DNA of 64,000 bases. Source: Stylophora pistillata (lineage: Eukaryota). The notes under the pieces are model-generated. The model searched no databases. It saw only the letters and a program-made list of their open reading frames with translations, and was not told the origin of the DNA. This document shows positions 25,057-36,700 of this stretch, in pieces; position 1 is the first letter of the stretch, and each line of letters starts with the position of its first letter. The translations under genes were made by a program, and so were the position numbers. The stretch spans positions 137,433-201,432 of the forward strand of contig NW_019218148.1 in assembly GCF_002571385.2 (NCBI RefSeq), given 5' to 3'.

Positions 25057-25342
25057 CTTTCGAAACTCTTTACGATTGCCAATTTACAATATCGACCCAG
25101 TTGATAAAGCCAAACTATCTCGCAACAACTCACAATCCTTCACAAAAGTTTGAAAGTTTCAATAGAGCTCGTGTTCTCTAAAGGGCGGTGCAGGCTCACT
25201 GGTCAGAATGTCGAAAGCTCACTTTCCAAGCATCTTCAGACTCTAGCCTGTTCCTTATCTGTTTGAAAAGGTGGAGGAGACTGGTAGAGACGTATTTCCT
25301 TGCCACTCCCATCGTGGGGAAGAATTTGTGACTGTTCAGAAA

Positions 25343-28300
25343 CTATTTTTCATTGTATATAGACCATAAACTGATTCTGGAATCTTTTCCACCAGCAGCC
25401 AATAGCTGTCCATGGCCAAACAGATCCTCCGAGAAATCCACCGTGTTTATAGTTTGTGTATGGTAATTAAGATAAGCCAATGGTTTGAGTGTTCTCCAGC
25501 TGTAGATTCTTATCCTGAAGGTAAATAAAATCACTAAATAATCGTTGTCCTCACAATTATCATTATATTAATATAAAGCAGTTGTTAGTGCCATGGTTAA
25601 AATTTTCAATATCGACCGCTAAGTTAATGATACTGAATTCGTTGGCATTAATCCTTAACTTCCATTATCTGATTGTTCAAACTCCCCTCTTGCTACACAA
25701 TTCTTTGTGCATCGGTTACAAGAATTTGGCGTTCGATCAAGATGACACCTACCTGATAAGTTTGAGCATATCATTACCCATTTACTGGATAATGTATGGA
25801 TATTTTAGGGAGAAGTTACATGTTAATCACTTCTGGGAGTAAAAGGATTAACAGTGAATAACACTAAATGAAGATAAAAAAAATACCCGTTGTGGAGGGG
25901 AATTTGGGGCAATGAAATTCAACTTAACATATATAAGTAATGGTTAGGGATAATGGGCATTGCTAGAACAACTTCCATTCTGTCAATTCCTTAACTCCTT
26001 AGAGTGACAGCATCTAATTTCTCTTTACAGTACCACCCCTGAATCAAATGTAAAGGTCATGAGAATAAATGCCACTCTCAAGGGTCGAATGGTCAATAAA
26101 ACACCCACCTGCCATCCCATCCACCAGTGGCCAGTATTTGACAATCCTTCCTGATTTTGACTGAAGCAATTCCAGGGTTCTTCAGCTCAATTTCTTTGTC
26201 TGCTGTTATGCTGTGCTAGAGAGAATATAAAAATGATATAATGCATGCAATAATTAGAGAAACAATTCTCACAAGACCCCCTGACATACCTGAGGTGTTA
26301 CTGATGACACACACAGCTTACTGTCTGCTGAGCCAGACACTATTCTAAGGTCCTCTTTGTCTACATCCATACAGAGAACTAAATGTAAAACAAACATGTT
26401 GAAGAAAATAAAGAAATTTTTGCCCATCTAACATTTTAAGAAACAAATAAAGACTTCAAGTTATAGGTTTGAGTTAGGCTAAGAGAAGAGAGACCCAATA
26501 ACTCTTTCACTCCCAAGATCTCAATAGTATTTCTTTTCACTGTCTGCCATACAATTCTTATGATGTTAGTTCTGAGAATTTTTCTTTCAGTCCCAAGATC
26601 TCAATAGTAATTCTCTTCACTGTCCACCATACAATTCTTATGATGTTAGTTCTGAGAATTTGGTAAAGTATCAATTCATAATCCCCAAATTGACATTTTT
26701 CTTTATTCTCATCACTTGTCTGCTTGATATTATATTAATATTGTAAGGAGAAATTCTGTCTTGGTCACTCATGGGAGTTGAGGGGTTCTAATGGTTTCTA
26801 GTAGAAACGTTCTATTATCCTGGAATCACACCACAAAGTAATGATGACAAAGGAAATGTCACCAACTAGGCTTTTGATTGTTGAACAAATTCTCTTTCTC
26901 TGCACCTTAGAGAATATATAGAGAACAGTATGGAGAATATGCATGCAGATGTTAGGGAGTGAGGGGTTGACTTCCGTGGCAGAAACTCAAAACTCCACCA
27001 TGATTGCATGTTTTTAAATGTGTAATCTACCAAAGATTGATAATTAACCTGATTCAGCATGAGTTGGATTTCTACCCAGGATTTGTCTAGCCATAACATC
27101 CCAGAGCAAAAGCTGACCACTTTCGTAACCTGCAATCAAGAGAGGCTTGTCTGTTGCTGGATCAGAGATCAAAGAGATACACATGCACATCCCTGAAAGG
27201 AAAAAAGTCAAAAAGAAAAGTTTACTTATGGTATGCAGTAAGCAAATGGTTACCTAAGTAGATACATTAACCACTATACCAGCTCAAGTTTATGGTTATG
27301 TGGAACAATCTCAGTGTCAGAAAAATAATACAAAAATATGAGTGGTAAGTTTCCAAAGAAACTGTGGTGCTACATTTGTGGGGGATATTCTGAGATAACT
27401 TTGTGTTAATAAGTAAAATTAATGAGAATTGGCCATCACAGGGCTCGACACCAACTTTTCAACTTACTAGCCAAGTGGTTAGTGACATCTTAGATGTTAC
27501 AACAAATTTTCAGTTTGTTTACCAGTCAAACTGGCTGCCCTGCGGTGGAAATCGAAAGCCACTAGCCAAAACTGAATTTCTACTAGTCTGTGGCTAGTGG
27601 GCTACTGTTAGTGTCAAGCCCTGCATCAACAGAGGGTTTCCAAGGCTGATGTTTTATGCATTAGCCCTTCAACAGAGAGAAAGACAAAGGGTTATTGCTC
27701 AAAAATTCATCCTCAGGAGCTCTCGAGAGTGGCTGATTTACATCATCCACTTAGTTCATAAACCAAATTAGTATATACCACACAGGTGAATTATGGTTTT
27801 CCCATGTGTTGATTGGCTAGTTCAGAAGTGAAATAGCAAGTACTATCCACCTCCAAGTAGCTGATGAGACAAAACTGTTTGTCAAGTTTAATTTCCAACC
27901 ATTCCTCAGAATAATGAAAGAAATAAACTATCTCTTTTATATTTGTGGCATATACTAAAACAATTATTCACCTTGGTTTTGTTGAAAGTGCTTCGCGGCT
28001 TGGTAAATATCCACCACTATTCACCTCCACTTCCATGAATAATGTTACATATAAGAAACTATTGACTAACTTGTTGGTTGCTTGAGAGAAACATTTGGCT
28101 CTAGGTTCTGATCACAAACTAACAAAATAATTTATTCACACACAACTTACCAAGTGACTTTTCATTATCAGGTTTTAGAGAAAACAGGATTTCTTTAGAC
28201 TCCAGATCAAGTATATTTACCTATGGTCAATGTTAAAGAAGAATTACATTAAACAAACCTAATTTGTTAGCTTAGACAGCATTATCACCCTCACATCTTT

Positions 28301-30414
28301 TACCTCTTTGGTCAACACACCAAGTATAAACTTTTTAAAATTCATAAAACTTTTCTGACACCTACAGCAAAACAAGATTGGAGGGCAACTACCAAAACCA
28401 GAAAGAAAATGATGCTTAACCTTTGCATTTAGTTTCTCCTTACAATATGACCCCTAAATCACACACTTAAGTCACAAGAATAAAGGAAATGATCCCCAAC
28501 TAAAGGAGTTTTTGATTGTTAAACAAATTCTCCTTGTTAGTGCCTTGGCAAGTGCACAGAGAACAGCAAAGAGAATATGGATATTGATGTTAGGGTGTAA
28601 GGGGTTAACCCTTGCACTCCCAAGATCTCATTAGAAATTCTCCTTACTCTCTGTCATACAATTCTTGTAATGTCAGTTTGGAGAATTTGGTATTATATCG
28701 ACTGGTGATCCCCTTGTTGATATTTTTCTTTATTCTCATCACTTGTCTGCTTGATACTGTATTGAAGTTGTAAGGAGAAATTCTGTCTTGGTCACTTGTG
28801 GTATTGAAAGGGTTTAGGATTAGAGCTTGACGATGAAGGGCTAACGACGAAGGGCTAACGCTCGAAACGTCAGCTTTTCTAATCATTACGGTGGCCAATT
28901 TACCATTTCAACTTAGTTGATATATCCAAATTATTTTGTTACTCCCACCGACGCAGCCCCAAACAGTTTCTTTCAAAACTATCAGCCTTTATTTATGATA
29001 ACCACAACCTACCAATAAAGAAGACAATAAACTGTAGTCTTTATTACCTGGGAATGACTAGCTGATGGGAGACCAATCCAATGTGACTTGTATCCTGTAA
29101 ATGTAAATATTTATGAAATAGCTTCAAATGAGCTAATTAGGTAAAAGTAACGGTATGCTATTTTAAAATTATGTGAGTGAAGTTCATTGGCCATATTATC
29201 AAAGATGTGCAAAACAATGAATGCAGGAAAATATTGACGTGGAAGGGCACTGGATATGGGGGAACACAGAGGGACACAAGTGGGCACCGCAGCAGTAAAC
29301 ATAGCTAATCCATGGCCTAGTGTGAAGGTGAATTCCAGATAAAGAATAAAAAAAAAAGTATATCTAACTGTTTACATTACCTCTTGACATAATACAAAAC
29401 TGACAAAATCCAAGAAAAGGGGCTGAAATACTATTTACTATTTCATGTCTTCCTTCAGAACACTGCCATGTTTGTAAATACCCATCCCTACCATGGCTGA
29501 AATCAGTTAAAAAAGAATAGACAGAAAATAAGTCATCCAATAAAAATATTCACCAGATAGTTAATGTGATAATCATAGTAACGATTTTGGAATCAGCTTA
29601 GATATAAACTTTTTTAACCTGAGAATTAAATTTAACAACTATGATACTCAACATCCCTAATAATTATTAGATCAGTAACTGTTACAGACAGGGTATCTTA
29701 ACTCTTCTTGGTTAAGAGAAAGACAATTTAAGAAGCTATAACAAAAGAGGGGTAATTTTCAAGTTAACTTGCCTAGTAGGCATAGGCATATGGTACCTTA
29801 TTACATTCCCACAAGGTTGAAATTCAGCAGCAAGGATGGCATGTCCATTATGACCATCTAAAGTTACCTCTGATCTTTTTGTTTTAAGATTCCATAAACT
29901 AATGATCCCTTTAGCAGACCTGTGAAATCAAGAGTCAAAAAGGCATCACAGTATTCCAGCTTCGTAATGTCTCTTCTGTACACATCCTGAAGGCCATTTT
30001 TCTAGTGGGGAGGGGGTGGGGGGAGCGGGAGAGGACTTAAGGGAGAAGGTGAGTTTGACTAATTCACTTTCAGATGTATCCTAAGCACAATCAGATGGAT
30101 AGGCAAGATTTCCGTATAATCCCATACTTCGTTACCTTTGGGATTACGGCTTTGTTTTTGACTGGTATGGGGTTATACGGAAATCTTTCCGATGGATATT
30201 TTTCAGATTACACATTAGCAGTACGGAGAATGACTGTTTCAAACATAACTCAACATGTGATCAACTAAACTCCCAGATGTTATGTGCACAAACCGTACCC
30301 AGAAAGTAGAAGCCCCTCTTCCCTAACAGTCTTTGGAGCAAACTTGACGACATTTAAGGCTGCTTCCGTACCGCGCAGAACATACAATGGATCTGGAGGG
30401 CTTCTATTTTCCAT
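25343..30414 (-). CDS. GNB1L: GNB1-like WD40 protein (Asa1 orthologue, PIKK/TTT co-chaperone), 327 aa
   Basis: Exons 30414-30299, 29919-29797, 29496-29381, 29094-29048, 28220-28151, 27192-27049, 26378-26290, 26215-26109, 25514-25343 (984 nt, in frame). PPDPLYVLRGT, NPGIASVKIRKD, ATGGWDGRIRIYSWRTLKPLAYL and LLAAGGKDSRISLWSIY match GNB1L. Confidence 0.93.
27439..27623. mobile_element. hAT5-like MITE
   Basis: CAGGGCTCGACAC...GTGTCAAGCCCTG with the 5-bp TSD CATCA, inserted in a decayed hammerhead-type repeat. Confidence 0.75.
28605..28816. mobile_element. Abundant TTAA-CCC MITE family (piggyBac-like ends), representative copy
   Basis: TTAACCCTT...AAGGGTTTA ends. Related copies or fragments at ~7758-7932, 25652-25851, 26500-26787, 26860-26970, 28417-28608, 31333-31537 and 32735-32930. 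Confidence 0.7.
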
Positions 30415-30790
30415 GATAATGACATGCTTTCACACTTCTTTCCTCAAAACTGCTTCTTTTTATCAGGCATCAACAGGCATTACTTGGCAGTACGAAAGGG
30501 AATAGAACTAGTAACGTATACCACTGTTCCAGATACTTTCGGGCTCAATCAAAATGGCCACAAACTTCTGCGGCTGTTACAATCAAATGGCATCAAGTCT
30601 TAATTTTCTCTTTCCTATTTCGGTTGTGTAGGAAGTAATATTTAATGGGTCTATTCTTAGAATGAAGGTTTATACATCCAATTTTACTGACTGGGTTTTG
30701 AATCGAAGATTGCGTGACACGCAATGAACGGTATAAATTCACACGAATCCAATTTCGAATTGAATTGCAACTTTTGCGTCAGTCGCAGTA
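30415..30790. promoter_or_regulatory. Probable bidirectional promoter/5'UTR region of GNB1L and DGCR8
   Basis: Only 376 bp between the divergent ATGs. YY1-like AAAATGGCC at ~30551. Confidence 0.6.
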
Positions 30791-33700
30791 ATGTCAGTTG
30801 ACATTAGTGTAAATGAGTTAGCAGTTGTTGTCAAAGCACCAACGGTATTAACTGTTGGCGAAAATAGTGAATTGAGAACTGAAATTGAAAAAATGGAAAA
30901 TACCATGGAAAAGGTCTCCTCCTCGGCTGGTATGGATATACCGACTTATTCTAAGGAGGAATCTACTGACGAAGAGATGCCGTTTGAGACTGAGCGAATA
31001 CCGCTCAAGAGAAAGTCCGAGGAAGACTTATTGGACCACAATCATAAACGACGGATGACAGAAGGTGATCAAGCTGATGACTGGGAAAATGTAATCAGTA
31101 CAACAGGAGATGAAAAGCAAGAAGGAGAAAACCCAACAGATGAACAAGAACGCAAGGTTATTATCTGTAAGTGTTAACCATTCTTTCTGTTTTCAGATAA
31201 GTGTTATGGTGCGAATACTTTAAACTTTGAATATTTTACAACAATAATCGCGGCTGGTTTTCATGTTTGTGATGAAAATTCTTGAACATAGCTGTATTAT
31301 AAATGAACGGGGCGGGTGCTTCCTTAATGCTGCTAACCCTTTAACTCCAATGAGAAACCAAGATAGAGTTTCCCCCTTCAATGTCTTTACAATATCAAGC
31401 AGACAAGTGATGAGAAGAAAGAAAACTATAATCAGGAGATTATTGGTTGATCTAATACCAAATTCTCTGAACTGATATTGTAAGACTGGAAAACAGTAAA
31501 GAGAATAGATCATTAGATCTTGAGAGTGAGATGGTTAGTGAATGATTTCCAGAGTGAAGAGTCTCTTTTCCTTTTAATAAATTAATAAATTAGAACTAGA
31601 GAGTGAGATGGTTAATGAATGATTTCCAGATTGAAGAGTCTCTTTTCCTTTTAATGAATTATGGCATGAAACATGAATTAAGGCTGATGAATCCTATCTT
31701 CCCTGAAATGTGTTCTTTGAATGAACACCAAAACACTCAATTACTCCCCTATGTTTCATGTGTGTATTTACTTAACTTTTGTTTTTTGTCTCTTCTAGTG
31801 AAGGGAAATCTACCAAAGCTGGCATTACCAGAGGGCTGGATAGCACTTAATCATCGCAGTGGAGGAATCATTTATCTCCATAAGCCGTCAAGAGTGTGCA
31901 CATGGTCTCGTCCTTATCACATTGGTGGAGGAAGCGTCAGGGTAACAATTTCTTTTTGTTTTATACAACATATAATTTGCAAGCAAAGACAGGATTAAAT
32001 TCATTTATTTGCTAGCAGTTCTACTAAGGGCTCTTTTAAAAATCTATTACAAGTCTTTTGATTCTCAATGTACCACAAAGAGTATAAAAAAGTAATTTGC
32101 CTTTTTACAACCCTCCCATTTTTCTATCGTATTGCTGACAATTGAGCTAGCCTCCTGGTTAGCTCAATTGGTTAGAGCACCGGATTGTGTTGTGCAGGAG
32201 GTCGAGGGTTCGAGCCCCGGCAGGACCAATACTCATGGTCTTAAAATAACTGAGGAGAATTTGCTACCTTTCTATAACATCAATGAAATGGAAAGATATT
32301 CTAGTCTTCTCAGATAAGGACGAATAAAATGGAGGTCCCATCTCCTGCAGGGTTAGGGGTAGGAGACGTTAATTTCCCACACACGAGATTACTGTGTAAT
32401 GGATGTCCTCCCCTGGGGTGGGATGTGTGGTGGGAAAAGGTGAGGTCGTTACATGGACTAAAGTGGCTGCCAGAGGCGCCTGATAAGTCTGACATCCGAT
32501 CTCAACCTTAGTAACACTGTAGACCTTAGCAATTCAGCCTATGCTGCTATTAAGGTATCGAATCATTCACTTTCACTTCACTTTCACTTTCCAAAATGAT
32601 TCAGTTAGTACCATTTAGATACAACGATGTCCTCTTTATAACTTTACTTTAAAGTGGTGAGGGAAACACAACCTGTGTTGTAGTCCACATTTTTGTAATA
32701 AAACTGTGGGAGCAAATTAGAACACTTGTTACCATTCAATCCCAGGGGTGACAAAAAAGGAATTTCTCATTAAAATGTCAACACATTTTCAAGCAGAAAG
32801 GTAATAGGAAGAAAGAAAGATATTAACTGAGGAATTTTCTTCAACTTGATAACAAATTCTCAGAGCTGAAGACTAAAGAAACATAGAGAAGACAGATCTG
32901 ATATTTCCAGGTTATATCTTGTGAGTAAGAGGGCCTGTTCAAAAATGCTGAAACAATTATTACAAATAGACTGCCTTGTTGTCTTTCACTTGCCTGCATC
33001 TTGCGCTTGCCTTAAAACTGCTACTGGTGGGTCTTTACTGCCTACGGGTAGCACTTTTAGTCACATGCAAGGAGCATATGTAGAGTGAAATGGGAATTAT
33101 TGTTATAGAGTTGTAGAGTGAAATGGAAATTATTGTAATAGAGGTGTAAAGATTCAACTTGACAGATCTAGCAGAGGGCTTCTGGAATTGTTTTCAAAGA
33201 CTGGATACTACTTATCCAGAGTGTTCTTGTAACACAGTGGTCAGAACTTCCAGTGCCTGTGTGTGGGGGACTATGGATCTGACTTGGGAACACCAAATGC
33301 AATGGAGACAGTTTGGAGGTTTAGCTTCTTAGCATATGTTCATAAAAGAAGTGCTAGAGTCATTTCTTTTGGGGAATGCTTGAAAGGGAAAAATCTGTAG
33401 CTTAAAGTGTCTAAGGGGTGCCAACCTTGAAAGCTAGAATTCAATCAGCTTAATCAAGTTCCTCTACCGTCCCCCTATTTGTCACTGGACAGAACTTACT
33501 ACACATGGAAAGTTGTTAAAATGCACCCGCATAATCACATAAACTCACGGCCATCTGTGGAGAGAAAACCCTGTTCTTACTATAGATATCAAATTCACGT
33601 CTCTTATCCTCTTCACCTTCTACTTTCCCCTTATCATATATTAAACAATTACTTAATGAGCTGTAAAGAACAGTGTGAGAACCAGTTTGTCACCAGAAAC

Positions 33701-36700
33701 TTCCAGATAAGCTGGGAAGGTTGACATTTATATGTATGTTTATACACTGAACTGATCAGTAACTGTATTTATTATACAGCTATACTCTGTAGAGTACAAA
33801 TAACACCCAAGATGAGTACAAATATCACGCATTATTTGTACTTTAGAGTACTGGTTAGACAGGTTTTCTTGCATCACATAAGCACAAATTGCACAAATTG
33901 GATTGAAGTCACAAAAAAAATGGCAGACAATTTAAATCATTTTTCTGACAACAAAATGTCTAATAAGTTATTTATTATCCAACACACCAAACTGTTATTT
34001 CAGTGCAGGCGAATTTCACGGATATTTATTTACGGGGAGTGCGTGACAGAAGTATGCGAAGTGGAATGGAATTGGCGCATTGTTGTGTCGCTGTTTCTAT
34101 TTTCTTCACTAAATGATTAGAAGAAATTTTCTGGTCGTCAAGTTGTTTTTCTTCGTTCAATTCATCTAATGAACTTGGACCTATATTTGCCAGCCATTCT
34201 GACTCTTCGTCATCGGAAATATGATTCAAATTGTCTGGCACTTTTTTTTTTCATAACTACAATCCAATTCTTTGCTTGCGCAATGCGAGAAAACCTGTTT
34301 AACCAGCACTACAAGAGACGAGTACAAATACTGCGTGATATTTGTACCCATCTATGGCGTTATTTGTACTCCTCTAGGTGTAGTTGGATAATAATCAGTG
34401 ATACTACACAACAAAATGTCTAATAAGATATATTTAGTTGTCTAAAGACTGAGCTTGACTATTAGCTGAGGCCCCAAACTTGAGAAAATTAATTCTTTAC
34501 CATCAGTTATATTTAGTAATCAACAGCATAAAAGCAAGAAGTACTGTAATCTGATCCCAATTCACTGTTCTTCCTTATCAGTTGAAAGCTCTTCCCAAAC
34601 TCAGTAAAAACTATACAAAAGCTATCAAGGTTGTTCAAATTTAGACCAATTTTGATTTTCTGATGTGAAATGAATGTCTACTACAAACTGTGAACTTTCA
34701 GAAACATGATGTACCATTGGCTGCAATTCCATGCCTCCACCAGAAAAAGGGAATAAATCAAGAGAATACTGAAGAAACAAAATCAGAGAATGGTACCTCC
34801 AAATCAAAAAACCCAGCAGGTTCGATATTAAATGCTCTGAATACCCAGGATGTTGAAAAATGTGTTGCAAATACCAGCGTAGTAAAAAATACCAGTGAAG
34901 AACAAGAAGAAACTACTGACAGCAATAAGAATACTCCACCAACTTTGGAGTTATTAGACATTGGAGAACTTGGAAGTTACCTTTCGACCATATGGGAGTT
35001 TCAAACCCTTACATCAGAACAAGAACGGTATGCTGTGATGGCTTTGCCACAGACTGAAGATGATGTTGAATTACCTTCCAGTCTGGAGTGTTTATCATAT
35101 TCAGTAAAAGGTGCAGAGAATGGAAAGAGCCCCAGTAAATATTGTCTGTTGAATGCTGGTGGTAAAACACCGGTGGCTATCTTACATGAGTATTGTCAAC
35201 GAATTTTGAAATCCAAACCAGTTTATCTTGCAAGTGAAAGTGCAAGTTCAGATAGTCCCTTTGTGGCAGAGGTACAAATAGATGGCATCAAATATGGCTC
35301 TGGAACTGGTTCCAGTAAGAAAATAGCTCGCCAGATTGCTGCTGAATCTACTCTTGAAGTTCTGTTACCAGGGATGTTTAAAAAAATTCGCGATTATCAG
35401 ATTTCTGATGCCGAGCTAGAGGTAGGGCTTAGTAAAGACAATCTATACTTACCAGTACTTCAGTAACCCCATCAGTACCAGTTGGCTATGAAGCTTCGCT
35501 ATCATTATCATTCAGTAAATGGTTTGAACCCTGGGGTAACATGTGAAGGTGTAGTCTGATCGTCTGAGTGAGTATGGTCCTGAGAAGGACTGTTGTGGGT
35601 GGTAGTGACTGACGTTTCGACAACCTGTGCGGAAGTCATCATCAGAGTCAAGATGATGACTTCCGCACAGGTTGTCAAAACGTCAGTCACTACCACCCAC
35701 AACAGTCCTTCTCAGGACTACACTCACCCAGACGATCAGACTACACCTTCACATCATTATCATTATTAATCATCATCATTATTATTATCAATCATCATCA
35801 TTATCATTATTAATCATCATCATTATCATTATTAATCATCATCATTATCATTATCGATTATCATCATTATCAATTATCATTATTAATCATCATCATTATC
35901 ATTATTAATCATCATCGTTATCATTATCGATCATCATCAATATCATTATCAATCATCATTATCATTATCCTCATCATCATAACTGTCATTGACTTTGACA
36001 ATATCTCCTTCAGTATTACAATATTGATACTGTTTATTGAATTATTTTCTTTTTTTTCCTTTTTCTTTATCATTACAGTTTTTTGATCAAGTAGACATAT
36101 TGAACCCTCGGCTTTTCGAGTTTTGCTCAAAAACTTCTCTCCCCAGTCCCTCGCAAATCCTCGAGGAGTGTCTAAGAAGGTGGGTAGATATTTTTAAAAG
36201 TTTTCTTTTGTCTTTGATCATAAAAGTGCAGAAACATTTGATAACTGTTTTATTGCATCGACTGATGTATGACCAAAATTCTCTGTTTTCTTTTCTTTTC
36301 TTTTTTTGATACAGGAATCAAGGTATCTGCTCATCCATTGAGTTTAAAACAGTCTGCGGACAGAACAAAAGTCTATCATTTATTATAACATGTGGCAAGC
36401 ACACTGCAACGGTAAATTCGAAAATATCTTATCTTCTACCGATTAGTTAGGAAAATGTAAGAGGCAATTGTAATTTTCGTTGTCGTTTTTGGTCGTTTAC
36501 GAAGCTGAGGTACACGGATCTGTGAATCTCACAGCTTTTGACAACACTTTAGCATATCCAAGTTGACAAATGGCTCTGTCAAAGGGCTAACGCACGAAAC
36601 GTCAGCTTGGAAACTCTTTACGGTGACCAATTTAGATTAGCAACTCATTTAGTAAAACCATAATTACCAAGTTGAGCAAAGTCTAATAAAAATGGCAAAA

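Noticed and set aside
30415-31166. Mammalian-type autoregulatory hairpins in the DGCR8 5'UTR or first coding exon
   Set aside because: No clear long stem seen by eye. Folding software would be needed to exclude one.
32150-32225. tRNA gene
   Set aside because: It runs directly into a multi-copy SINE body, so it is a SINE head.
35672-36130. His/Ile- and Met/Asp-rich ORFs
   Set aside because: Translations of the ATC/ATT microsatellite.
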